Virus record (IMG/VR): IMGVR_UViG_3300028840_002431
Location: 310,001-374,000 of that record
Reading direction: 5' to 3' (one strand)
Length of the DNA stretch: 64,000 nucleotides
Positions 9,901-18,129 of this stretch are shown here, piece by piece. Below the pieces are notes generated by a model. It ran no database searches. It was not told the origin of the DNA and worked only from the letters and a program-made list of their open reading frames with translations. Made by a program: the position numbers and the translations under genes. The stretch's first letter is position 1. Each line of letters starts with the position of its first letter.

Positions 9901-11276
9901 TGGATGGCGTCCTGGTAGTGAACGAAGGAACCCTGAGGCCCCGCGCCGGATCTCTTCCAGTTGGCCCTGAGTTGGCCTCGTAGAAGCTTGTCGAGATTGG
10001 AACGGAGAAGGGTTGTGAAATCCATTCCGTTTGGATTAACCAAATGGCGGAGATCCAGAATGTCAGTGTTAGCAATCTGATCAGAAAACAACTCGTCAGG
10101 GCGTCCTGAAATAACCGTGATGGTCGAACCGGACAAATGACCCTGTGCCAAGGTTCCGTTCAGACCACGGGTCAGACCGCTGATTGTGGTCCCTGTGATC
10201 GACGAGTACGTCATGATCTCGTCGTTGATCTGAATCGTCACAGGGGTGGCCGGTGTGGTGGGCAACGGAATGTTGCTCGCGCTCACAAGGGTCGCCGTTG
10301 TGTCCGTGTCAGTGATGTCGGCGTCCAACGTGGGAACCGTCGAGAAGGTTTTAACACCAGTCCTATCAACAGCCGTGGGGTTACGGTCGAACGCGCCGTT
10401 CAGATTCTGAGACGGATTGCCATTCCATGAGACTGTGTTGCGACGAAAGATAACGGCGATAGGGACCGCGTACGAATAACCGTCTACTGATCCCAGATCG
10501 TTCTGAGTGCCGTCTCCCGCTCGCCAAAGGCCCGGATCTCCCAGAGCCTGTCGCATGTTGGTGAAAGTGTAAGAAGTTGGAGATGCAGCCGCGCCCTGAG
10601 CCTTCACCACCACCGGGTCAAACCCATCAGGATAGGTGGTCAGCCCGACCAGACCCTTCACAACTCGGATACGATATTGAAGCTGAACCCTTTGCTCGGT
10701 TTCAAAACCCAGAGCCGGATCAACTAGATCGTCGGCCAAGTAGCTCCAACCACCTTCTACGTTACCATAACGGTAAATCGCGCTGGCCGAAGGCTTGTTT
10801 GTGGTCGATGGGTCAGGTTGAATCCTGGCCTTCCAAACTTCCAAAAAAGCGAAGTCGATGCGAAAGTCCCCGGAGTTCTCGGGAGGCGGGTCCAACGCGA
10901 TAACGTTGGTCGTATCTGTGTCGTTTGGAGATCCAGGAGGAGTCCCTGTCCGTGTCCCCGTGACCGGAATGAGCCAACCATTGACGTTGGCCCACATGAC
11001 GGACTTCTGCTCGCCTGACTTTTGCGGGCCGAATTTGAACCAGTTAGACCAGTTCGCGTCCGTGATGAAGTCAGCCTGAGGGTTAGTCTCGTTCCCCAAA
11101 AAACCAGAAGGCATGTCGCGCAAAAGCGCTGATTGTACCGATCCGCTGGCCAGTTGCTGCATCAGGTTCAGGGCCGCGTCTGTCGGAGGCTTGCCTTCTT
11201 GCCAGATAGCAAGTTGATATAGGGTCTCGTCCGCTAGAAGAACCCTGGATACCCCAGAGCCAAAATTGTCTGTCAT
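6936..11276 (-). CDS. large virion tail/baseplate protein, DUF4815/DUF6519-like N-terminus
   Basis: 1446 aa, T/G/P/D-rich beta character; WQEGKPPTDAALNLMQ, FLEVW, RVQLQYRIRV and GDPGLW are shared with 29622..32195. Confidence 0.7.
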   Translation of the reverse strand: MTDNFGSGVSRVLLADETLYQLAIWQEGKPPTDAALNLMQQLASGSVQSALLRDMPSGFLGNETNPQADFITDANWSNWFKFGPQKSGEQKSVMWANVNGWLIPVTGTRTGTPPGSPNDTDTTNVIALDPPPENSGDFRIDFAFLEVWKARIQPDPSTTNKPSASAIYRYGNVEGGWSYLADDLVDPALGFETEQRVQLQYRIRVVKGLVGLTTYPDGFDPVVVKAQGAAASPTSYTFTNMRQALGDPGLWRAGDGTQNDLGSVDGYSYAVPIAVIFRRNTVSWNGNPSQNLNGAFDRNPTAVDRTGVKTFSTVPTLDADITDTDTTATLVSASNIPLPTTPATPVTIQINDEIMTYSSITGTTISGLTRGLNGTLAQGHLSGSTITVISGRPDELFSDQIANTDILDLRHLVNPNGMDFTTLLRSNLDKLLRGQLRANWKRSGAGPQGSFVHYQDAIQSAAVSLGVTQLDAPDNIRMVYSDAATVQPIECVCQPNTGVVPPGPGVAINVSWSLDITVETTNQTVANQFTAGDIIVIPVNQLKTGLQAGATDQIRWLNDSVAGAVELRFDGETDAMPSSMYTVTPAVPGPGDDLTITLGGTFPDQLTTTDSPRLLHIKVHAVYGPGRGLSRRPDSLHSISYLNPGADLLTQQWGIPNNNLQARVGWAPLWSKYRSSTFNNLLPVTSEMYADLGSKTVMATPFRRMDFTTPLTVDGDAANPVSTAKAGSPTTGTLSGDNSDTITMGVTGTAAAGDALIIASGNVGAGRYTITNVVPATSIQVDRSVRAKAGAVTFTVHEAQGVMPLLKADNSTPKWTTTDPLNLFCGETAPGASWKNIYVSLPRHLVPGWGELHIPLRHTDGTTFASGINYMIRSLPGTVTPTQSNYAAYFNGSGGSNEYCIFSQVDPTSTPIPYNTAITGTGSNEWAGMRFFTDTRGLGREGLEFPPFYGVVRIFGVYEASDYTTNDSPFTNERATGGIGTAVNLLRQTMQPGDGAPLWIEIDDDGDSTFILNANAIDISKSPVPIPDFASGNYVIEAVVFGFDRGSFDLDSEFRLVMRRPQAISPNLNGWEDVGTGTVHLSDRSQNLNEFVATPAGLLPGPAEQADQILINYSRTPYQGDAWGSQTNYIDIPYTPGPLTSGTAYEIVSTELDQDNLTRPNEKVLEILASTGFSTTLGTGRYSADATTDELDFKDVAYEDPAVYPPSSAVADRPNSLPGNFDPSDATNVGTEYVGCTERLPLGSLFRDKDFRGQVYGFLPAALVYENVVANGPSTGFAANSEVEQAEIPLSTSSSGVGSPGDVLVHVDGEQGNYSLLTNFRVLRGGSVFTGNGSHPGSSVSLQNSLQVVNTDHVNVIQGRALLVRNTVTNVGSNEVSAGDELMLLVLTNVNRPAAGLEPGLVLIGTNGAGEGYAAADLYRIEGHPMVSDHVKLLIDPSTIQLARKA

Positions 11277-11294
11277 GTCTTTTTACCTTCTGAT

Positions 11295-11315
11295 GTGATC
11301 CCGGAAGTGATCCCG
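11295..11315. repeat. direct repeat GTGATCCCG x2 (12-nt period) in the divergent intergenic region
   Basis: Copies at 11295-11303 and 11307-11315. Confidence 0.6.
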
Positions 11316-11420
11316 TTCAAAAAGGGTGGGCTTATAAGGACATTTGGAACAAACGACGACCGCCAGCGCCCCCTGGTACACCACCCCCAGAAGTGTTATC
11401 TTTGGAAAGTAGAATTTCTC

Positions 11421-11449
11421 TTGAATTTCGCCCTTCCCATCAGTAGTCC
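11421..11449 (+). promoter_or_regulatory. possible sigma70-like promoter for a leaderless lipoprotein mRNA
   Basis: TTGAAT-17 nt-TAGTCC ends 4 nt before ATG 11454 and no SD is visible; the -10 match is poor. Confidence 0.25.
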
Positions 11450-11453
11450 GAAT

Positions 11454-13778
11454 ATGGAAAGGTTTTTACTTCTAACCCTCATTCTGGCGGCGGCTTGTGG
11501 TTCTAACCCCGCCTCAACTGACGACCCCAACCCGGTCGAATTACCACCCACTGTTATAAACAGTGATGCTGGAATTCCCGACGCAGAAGAGCCTCCCGCC
11601 CCTGATGGCGGCCCTCCCGTTGTGGATTCCGGCCCTCCAATTCAGGACGGCGGTCAACCACCCGTTGAAGACGCTTCCGACGCGGCCACAGAGCCTATAG
11701 ACGCCGGAAACCTCGATTCTGGAGCGGATGCCGGGGATTCCGGCATCCCGGACACCGGCTCTGACGCCAGCGACAGCGGAACTGACGGCGGCTCTCCGGA
11801 GTGTACGAGCGGTACGAAGAAATGCGTCGCTCTAACGGTCCACGAGTGTGTAGACGAAACCTGGACAGAGCAGAACACTTGCCCTTACATCTGCGACAAC
11901 GGGACATGCAAAGGAGTCTGCGAACCCGGCGACACCCGTTGCGACGGCAAGGACTCCCAGGAATGCGGGGCCGACGGCAAGTGGGTGACGACAACCACTT
12001 GCCCCTACATATGTTCAGGAGACGGAGACTGTATGGGTAGTTGCGCCCCGAATGATAAGGACTGCGACGGCCTCGTTCCGCGAACATGCGGGGCCGACGG
12101 CGAATGGGACAATGGTTCGGCCTGTCCTTACGTTTGCTCTGGTGGTGATTGTACCGGGGTCTGCGTCCCTACCACTAACCGCTGCGACGGGAATAAATCC
12201 CAGACGTGTAACGCGGCCGGTCAGTGGACTACGAACCAAACATGCCCCTACCTTTGCACCGGGGCCGGAAACTGTACCGGGGAGTGCTCCCCAACCTCCA
12301 AACGGTGTGATGATCTGACGCCACAGACGTGCGACGCCAACGGCTTCTGGCAAAGCGGCTCTGACTGTCCTTACGTTTGCGACGGCGGTGACTGCACTGG
12401 CGTTTGTGTACCTGAGACCGATCGCTGCGACGGAAGAGACTCGCAGACTTGTAACGCTTCTGGTCAATGGCAATCGACCCGAACCTGTCCTTACGTCTGC
12501 ACCGGAGAAGGTGACTGTACCGGCGAGTGCTTCCCCGACACCAAGAGTTGCCAGGGAGACGTGCCTAGAACATGTAACGACCAAGGGGAGTGGGTAGAAG
12601 GTTCCGAATGCGAGTTCGTTTGCATGGGCGGTAACTGTATGGGTGTCTGCGAACCCGGCGACACCATGTGCCAAGGCGAACAAATCCGGACTTGTACGGC
12701 GGTGGGGCAGTGGGGTGGCCCCGGCAACTGTGACGCCGTACCAGGAGCCGATTCATATTGCGACGCCGGGTCCTGTACTTACGCTTGCGACCTCGATTAC
12801 GACGACTGTGACGGCAACACCGATAACGGTTGTGAAGTCAATCTTAGCACCGACACCGACCATTGCGGAAGCTGTGACAATTACTGTTGCGGCGGGACCT
12901 GTACCGACGGGGCTTGTGGCGTCAACGTTACCGGCCTCTACGGCAACTACGAGGTCGATGACGAGAACCTCTACTGGGTAGAGGGGCGGGACCTAAACCG
13001 ACGCTCGCGGACGGGGAATGGTAGCGACGCCACGACGATGAACACGCTGCCCGCTGGTAACATCGACGATATCGACTCGAACGGGACCTTGATCTTCTGG
13101 ACCCAAGACGCCGACACGGACAGCGGCCTGTACGCCATGCCGGTCGAAGGCGGCGACATCGTGAAGTACAACAGTAGCGCCAAGGATGACGAGCTTGTTC
13201 TTGGACCTGACCGGGCTTTGTACCATGTCAGTGGCGGCAATTGGGTTGGCTACGAGCTTATCGATGAACCCTACCAGAGTGCTGGCGGAGCGGGATTCGA
13301 CCAACAACCCACCTATTATGTCTCGGACGGCACCTATATGTACGTCGCATCCGGCTCTCTACAGCCGTTGCAGCGGTACCAATACACCTTCCCTCAGACG
13401 AAAGACGACTTCGTCACCTCAGAGGCATCCAACTACGAGTTCGGCCGGTTGGCCATCGACTCGACCAACCTCTACTACATCTTCTTCAACGCCATTACCC
13501 CGTCGGAGAACGGCGTCTGGAAGAAGCCCCTGAGCGGCGGAAGTCCTACTCAACTGGCGGCTGTGCCCAACGTCTGGTCGATCGCCACTGACGGCGAGTA
13601 CGTCTACTACGCGGAACACGTCGGGTCGGGTAACATGAACATCCAACGAGTCCCTGTAGGGGGCGGCGACTCGGAACTCCTGGTCAACCGTGCGTCGATC
13701 TTCGATATCAAACTGGCCGGTGGCTGCGTCTACTGGAACGAGTACGGACAGGTCCACGCCATCTCTGGCGCACCTTAA
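11454..13778 (+). CDS. myxobacterial-type Cys-rich repeat lipoprotein with C-terminal beta-propeller-like domain
   Basis: Start reassigned to ATG 11454 (MERFLLLTLILAAA-C, a lipobox). Followed by a DAG/DSG acidic linker, about 8 six-Cys repeats, a DCDGNTDNGCEVNLSTDTDHCGSC motif, and VDDENLYW / AIDSTNLYY / ATDGEYVYY propeller blades. Confidence 0.8.
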   Translation: MERFLLLTLILAAACGSNPASTDDPNPVELPPTVINSDAGIPDAEEPPAPDGGPPVVDSGPPIQDGGQPPVEDASDAATEPIDAGNLDSGADAGDSGIPDTGSDASDSGTDGGSPECTSGTKKCVALTVHECVDETWTEQNTCPYICDNGTCKGVCEPGDTRCDGKDSQECGADGKWVTTTTCPYICSGDGDCMGSCAPNDKDCDGLVPRTCGADGEWDNGSACPYVCSGGDCTGVCVPTTNRCDGNKSQTCNAAGQWTTNQTCPYLCTGAGNCTGECSPTSKRCDDLTPQTCDANGFWQSGSDCPYVCDGGDCTGVCVPETDRCDGRDSQTCNASGQWQSTRTCPYVCTGEGDCTGECFPDTKSCQGDVPRTCNDQGEWVEGSECEFVCMGGNCMGVCEPGDTMCQGEQIRTCTAVGQWGGPGNCDAVPGADSYCDAGSCTYACDLDYDDCDGNTDNGCEVNLSTDTDHCGSCDNYCCGGTCTDGACGVNVTGLYGNYEVDDENLYWVEGRDLNRRSRTGNGSDATTMNTLPAGNIDDIDSNGTLIFWTQDADTDSGLYAMPVEGGDIVKYNSSAKDDELVLGPDRALYHVSGGNWVGYELIDEPYQSAGGAGFDQQPTYYVSDGTYMYVASGSLQPLQRYQYTFPQTKDDFVTSEASNYEFGRLAIDSTNLYYIFFNAITPSENGVWKKPLSGGSPTQLAAVPNVWSIATDGEYVYYAEHVGSGNMNIQRVPVGGGDSELLVNRASIFDIKLAGGCVYWNEYGQVHAISGAP
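11802..12730 (+). repeat. coding tandem repeat, about 8 units of 39-41 aa with six Cys each
   Basis: Consensus CxPxxxRCDGxxxQTCxxxGxWxxxxxCPYVCxGGxCxGx. Confidence 0.9.
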
Positions 13779-14044
13779 CCAGACGGCCAGAGTAGTTTCA
13801 GAATCCAAACGGCCAGGGCGATCAGCACCGGGATTGCCCCGCCGATCAAACCCCACACGTGTGACTTGACCTTTAGAACACCGATCTCAACCTTCATATC
13901 GGTCATGTCCGACCGAATCTTCTCGATGTTCTGGCCTAGCCTCTTGATCTCCTTGAGGACGTGAATCGTGTATTCACTGACATCACGTTGCTGGCTGGGA
14001 CTTCGGGGAGGAGCGAGGCTGTCATCGTCATAATGTCGTGCCAT
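13775..14044 (-). CDS. small coiled-coil protein with C-terminal TM (XhlA/holin-like)
   Basis: Heptad stretch IKRLGQNIEKIRSDMTDMKVEI followed by a hydrophobic C-terminus. Confidence 0.55.
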   Translation of the reverse strand: MARHYDDDSLAPPRSPSQQRDVSEYTIHVLKEIKRLGQNIEKIRSDMTDMKVEIGVLKVKSHVWGLIGGAIPVLIALAVWILKLLWPSG

Positions 14045-14228
14045 TTAGTCTTCTTTCTCGTTCGACAATTCTATTTGCAAGCTTTTCGATCTTGACTATT
14101 TCCCCACCACTCTCCTCTTCTTTCTTGTGGTACCCGTTTTTCTTTCGGCGCTCCAACAAGCGGACGATTGCGACACTGGCGATGACAGAGATACAAACGG
14201 AAGCCAAAAGTAAAAACGCTGTTTCCAT
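14028..14228 (-). CDS. small N-terminal TM protein
   Basis: Strong SD GGAGGTGG; one TM followed by RRKK. Confidence 0.65.
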   Translation of the reverse strand: METAFLLLASVCISVIASVAIVRLLERRKKNGYHKKEEESGGEIVKIEKLANRIVERERRLNGTTL

Positions 14229-14252
14229 GCCACCACCTCCGTTAGAAACGAG

Positions 14253-15446
14253 TCATTTAACCAAATTATAAAACAGTTTTGCCCAGGAATTGGCAATTTC
14301 GCCCCAATTACAATGCTTTTTAATCCATGAGTAGGCGGCTCTGGACCGTTTAGCGGCTTCTTTTGGCCGGTCGTGTACGTCACAGATACAAGAGGCCATG
14401 CTATCAACCGATGTGAGCGGTCTGATGTGAGAATTATCGTATTCCGGCAAGACCGTGAAATCTGAGCAGTCGGCCAACCAGCCGCGTTCTTGACGCTCGC
14501 CAATGATCTCCTGACACGACGTGTGCCGTGGCATGACGACCGGAACCTTACAAGCCATAGCCTCCGTGGTGCTCAAACCCCACCCCTCCCCCAAGGTGGT
14601 GGACACGACAACATCAGAGGCACAATAAATATTCCTCAGGAGATCTTTTGGGAAGCCGCTCGGTCCAAAATCCCTAGGGTACAGAACGTCTCCCCGCAAT
14701 TCTTCGGGCACCTGACGGCTGATGAAATTGATAAGGTCTCCGTTCCCAGAGTGAACGTCGGTGTGTAAGTAGAGCTTCGCGTTTGAGATTCTTTCCTTGA
14801 CCTTCAGCCAAACCATTACCGTCCTCGGCAGATCCTTTCTCGGTTGATTCTTGTTCACGTTCGTGATGATGAAATCCTTCGAAGAAACCGAAAAAAGGTC
14901 CCGCTTCAACCTCTTACGCTTGGCTTTCTCGACAGGCTTGAACGTCTTGGTGTCAACACCATGGTATAAAACCCGCAACTTTTCGTCAGAGTGTTTCCGG
15001 ACCTCCCTCTTACCGTATTCGGTGTACGCGACAGCCCTGTCTGCCGTCTCCACAGCGTTCGTGACCCATAGCCGATCCAGCGGGGCGTCCACAGGGAAAT
15101 ACAAAGCGTATTTGAACTTCTTAGCCCCACGCACACGCCGGATGGACTCGTCCATGGATACAAGGTTGAAAGTATCCTGAAGGGCGAACAAAATATCATA
15201 GTCACCTTGCTCTAAAAGCTCGATGACCCTTCCACGGCCCAAGGGATCGCCGCCCGACGCAGCCGGGTACACTGGGATATCCCGGAACTTGTAATAAGGG
15301 CTGTTTTGTGTGTTGTAAGGGTCGCCGTGGTAATTGATCCCCACCACAGTAAATTCGAATCTGTCAACGAGCCGGGAAATCAACTCTTCGGCAACATTTC
15401 CGAATCCCGTCGGGCACAGGAAATCACTATACCAAAGGACCTTCAT
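14253..15446 (-). CDS. GT4-family glycosyltransferase
   Basis: TGFGNV N-terminal motif, HGVD, NKNQPRK, and STTLGEGWGLSTTEAMACKVPVV (EX7E). Confidence 0.92.
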   Translation of the reverse strand: MKVLWYSDFLCPTGFGNVAEELISRLVDRFEFTVVGINYHGDPYNTQNSPYYKFRDIPVYPAASGGDPLGRGRVIELLEQGDYDILFALQDTFNLVSMDESIRRVRGAKKFKYALYFPVDAPLDRLWVTNAVETADRAVAYTEYGKREVRKHSDEKLRVLYHGVDTKTFKPVEKAKRKRLKRDLFSVSSKDFIITNVNKNQPRKDLPRTVMVWLKVKERISNAKLYLHTDVHSGNGDLINFISRQVPEELRGDVLYPRDFGPSGFPKDLLRNIYCASDVVVSTTLGEGWGLSTTEAMACKVPVVMPRHTSCQEIIGERQERGWLADCSDFTVLPEYDNSHIRPLTSVDSMASCICDVHDRPKEAAKRSRAAYSWIKKHCNWGEIANSWAKLFYNLVK

Positions 15447-16451
15447 TCAAAACATTCTCTCGGTCCACGTCCTAGGCGTGTGTTGGTTACGGATCTCAAC
15501 TTCTATGTTGTAGTCGAACTTACGGGTCCCGTGGCGCTCGATGTGTGTGACAATGGACTCCAAGCCTTCTCTCAGAGGCACCTTGGCCTTGTAGCCAAGC
15601 CGCCGTCGAGCCTTGTCAGCCGAACAATTCGCAAACCGGACCTCCATCGGCCGGTCCGGGACATAGATTGGCTCAAGGTCTACCCCGATAATGTCAGCGA
15701 GGATTAGGGATAGCTCGTTTATAGTTATGAACGCATCGTCAGGACCAAGGTTGAACACTTCCCCGTCCAACCCCTCGTCAAACGCCAACCGCAACATAGG
15801 CTCAGCCACGTCACTAACAAACGAAAAACAACGCCGCTGTTCGCCGTCCCCGTAGATTATAGGTTGCCGTTTTTGCAGCATGAGGTTTGCCATGATGCTG
15901 GCAACGTTGCGAAACGGGTCATCCCACTTCTGTCGCGGACCAATGATGTTGTGGGGTACAACGGTTACGTGTTCCATCCCATGTACGCCACAAAGGTTAC
16001 GGAGCATTTGCTCTACAGAGACTTTACCGATCCCATAAGGATCTTGAGGCCGGGGTTCCATCTCCTCGACGAACGGCGTCTCGTTACTCCCGTACCGGGC
16101 CATGCTGGAACAATTCACAAAACGTCGGACCCCGTTCCGTACAGAAGCTGATATCAGCGACACAGACGCTTGGACGATATTCTGGGTGATGAACGAAGGG
16201 CTGAAAACGCTCAATCCTTCGTAGGCGGTGGCAGCACAATGGTACACAACCTCCGCGTCTCGGGTTAGGCGTGTCATGGCTTCCAGGTCGGCGCAATCCT
16301 CTTGGTAGAACTCCACCTCTTCGGACACGTTCGCCAGTTCACCGCCCACCAGATTGTCGCATCCGATGACGCGATGATCTTCTTTGACCAGAAGATCAGC
16401 CAAGTGGCTTCCCAGAAACCCCGCAACGCCTGATACAAATACTGTGCTCAT
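15447..16451 (-). CDS. NAD-dependent NDP-sugar epimerase/dehydratase (extended SDR)
   Basis: GVAGFLG Rossmann motif, SSMARYG, YGIGK (YxxxK), GDGEQRRCFSFV. Confidence 0.93.
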   Translation of the reverse strand: MSTVFVSGVAGFLGSHLADLLVKEDHRVIGCDNLVGGELANVSEEVEFYQEDCADLEAMTRLTRDAEVVYHCAATAYEGLSVFSPSFITQNIVQASVSLISASVRNGVRRFVNCSSMARYGSNETPFVEEMEPRPQDPYGIGKVSVEQMLRNLCGVHGMEHVTVVPHNIIGPRQKWDDPFRNVASIMANLMLQKRQPIIYGDGEQRRCFSFVSDVAEPMLRLAFDEGLDGEVFNLGPDDAFITINELSLILADIIGVDLEPIYVPDRPMEVRFANCSADKARRRLGYKAKVPLREGLESIVTHIERHGTRKFDYNIEVEIRNQHTPRTWTERMF

Positions 16452-16912
16452 GCTTGTTTCCTAGCCATCAAAACGGTGTCTGCTACGCCCATCGTGCATT
16501 CCAAAATATCCAGGTCCTTGAACAACCACGTCATACCGTCCGGAAAGATGCGCCAACAATCCTTTGGGTGCCGGTGGTGCCCCCACGTATGCGGGGCTAT
16601 TACACAGAGGTGGCCGCCCGGCTTCACGATCTTGATGATCGCATCACGCCAGCGATGGGTGTCCTCCACGTGCTCAAGAACCTGACCGCTAACGACAACA
16701 TCATACTGCTCATCCCCGAAGTCGTAGGTCCCTACGACACGATCCACGTTCGGCCCGGCGACAATATCTAAGCCCGTATAGGCGCACCCGTCGAACAGTT
16801 CTCGGTACGTGCCGTTCAAGTCGTAACTCCCCACGTCGGCCACACTACACGGAGGTTTCACATACTGTTCTACAAAAGCCCGCATGTAACTCATTGAAGA
16901 AGGGTGCATCAA
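16448..16912 (-). CDS. class I SAM-dependent methyltransferase (Methyltransf_11-like)
   Basis: ADVGS, GLDI, YDVVVSGQVLEHV, VKPGG, HRHPKDCWR; ATGA translational coupling. Confidence 0.88.
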   Translation of the reverse strand: MMHPSSMSYMRAFVEQYVKPPCSVADVGSYDLNGTYRELFDGCAYTGLDIVAGPNVDRVVGTYDFGDEQYDVVVSGQVLEHVEDTHRWRDAIIKIVKPGGHLCVIAPHTWGHHRHPKDCWRIFPDGMTWLFKDLDILECTMGVADTVLMARKQA

Positions 16913-18129
16913 ATCCTCCGGAGGTAGCCGTGCGGGTTCCAGGTTATTAAGAATGACTCTCTCGACCTATCAGCTTCGAAAGCCGGATTCTCCAGCAAGA
17001 ACGTGTGTACGGCTTCAAAAGGACCGGGAGATGGACCCACCTCCAAACCGTGGTGGCAGATGCCATCCTCAACGATGAAGTAACCTCCCCGCCCTACCAG
17101 CTTCGAATAGAGCCGAAGAATACCCAGTGTGTTCTCGTAGCCGTGGGAACTATCCTCGATGACCATCACCGACGCTCCCTCCGGAACCAACCGCTGCACC
17201 TCTTGGAAAACGTTAAGGGCGTTGCCCTCTATCAGACGTATCCTTGGGTGCGCCTTCACTTTCTCGGCCACCGCCGAGTGGTCTACGTCAATACCTAACA
17301 CCTCCCCTTTCCCCATCGCGTCACACAGGTGAGCGAGAGCCAACAAGGCTCCGCCACAGGCGTTGCCTATCTCGATTATGAGGTCCGGTTTCGTTTCATA
17401 GAGGAGTTCTTGATACACCCAAAAATCGACAGGACTCTGATACGCCCGGACCCCAAAATAACTGGTGTTCGTCATGATTTTGCGTTGCATCGCCTCAAGA
17501 ACTTCCCGCAACGGCGTGTCCAAGGACATCTCCATGGGCCTCAAAACCCCAGACACGTAGAAATACTTCCACGTGTCCCAGGACACGAGATTCAATAGCT
17601 CCGCTTTATTGTTTACCAAGAATTGGTAATCGAGGACCTCCGTCTTCGGGAAGCATTTCTGTGCCCCTCTCTCGATCACACCGCAACCGAGATCGACATC
17701 GACAACACGCATTGACAAGTCGGGCCGGTACATCCTGTTCCAAGCCCAAGCCTTCCACACGTCCCCGGTCCACAGCACCTGGACCGGAGGGACCCGTTGC
17801 GCGTCCTCTGACGGAGGTAGACAGTCGTGGAGAACGACCGCGCCTCCTTCGTTCAAACACGCGAGAGAGTTATCGATATCGCGTCTTACCTGATCGGCTA
17901 CATGATAACCGTCTATGAAAATCAGGTCCCAACGCTTGTCTTTTCCAGGCCCCGCGAAGAAGTCGTCAGATGACATTGCGTACGTCGCATCGTGGGCGGG
18001 GTCTACCGACTCTTTGTGTTCTACCAGAACACCATTGAAATTATCCTTCAACCCGACCCCTATCTCCAGATAGGTCTTATAAGAGCGGGCTGTGGCTAAA
18101 GTATTTAGGACTTGAGTGCGCGTTATCAT
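16909..18129 (-). CDS. fusion: Methyltransf_24-like plus CmcI/rhamnosyl O-methyltransferase-like domain
   Basis: Start reassigned to ATG 18129 (ATGA overlap). N-half has YLEIGV, DLIFIDGYH, VLHDC; C-half has YQELLYETKPDLIIEIG, MVIEDSSH, YFIVEDG, NPHGYL. Confidence 0.85.
   Translation of the reverse strand: MITRTQVLNTLATARSYKTYLEIGVGLKDNFNGVLVEHKESVDPAHDATYAMSSDDFFAGPGKDKRWDLIFIDGYHVADQVRRDIDNSLACLNEGGAVVLHDCLPPSEDAQRVPPVQVLWTGDVWKAWAWNRMYRPDLSMRVVDVDLGCGVIERGAQKCFPKTEVLDYQFLVNNKAELLNLVSWDTWKYFYVSGVLRPMEMSLDTPLREVLEAMQRKIMTNTSYFGVRAYQSPVDFWVYQELLYETKPDLIIEIGNACGGALLALAHLCDAMGKGEVLGIDVDHSAVAEKVKAHPRIRLIEGNALNVFQEVQRLVPEGASVMVIEDSSHGYENTLGILRLYSKLVGRGGYFIVEDGICHHGLEVGPSPGPFEAVHTFLLENPAFEADRSRESFLITWNPHGYLRRI

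Noticed and set aside
11295-11453. 53-codon N-terminal extension of the lipoprotein given in the ORF track
   Set aside because: The signal peptide and lipobox begin at ATG 11454; the extension covers the intergenic control region.
11802-12730. Periodic nucleotide repeats as a CRISPR array
   Set aside because: Degenerate, codon-phased repeats inside an ORF, with no identical repeat and unique spacer structure.
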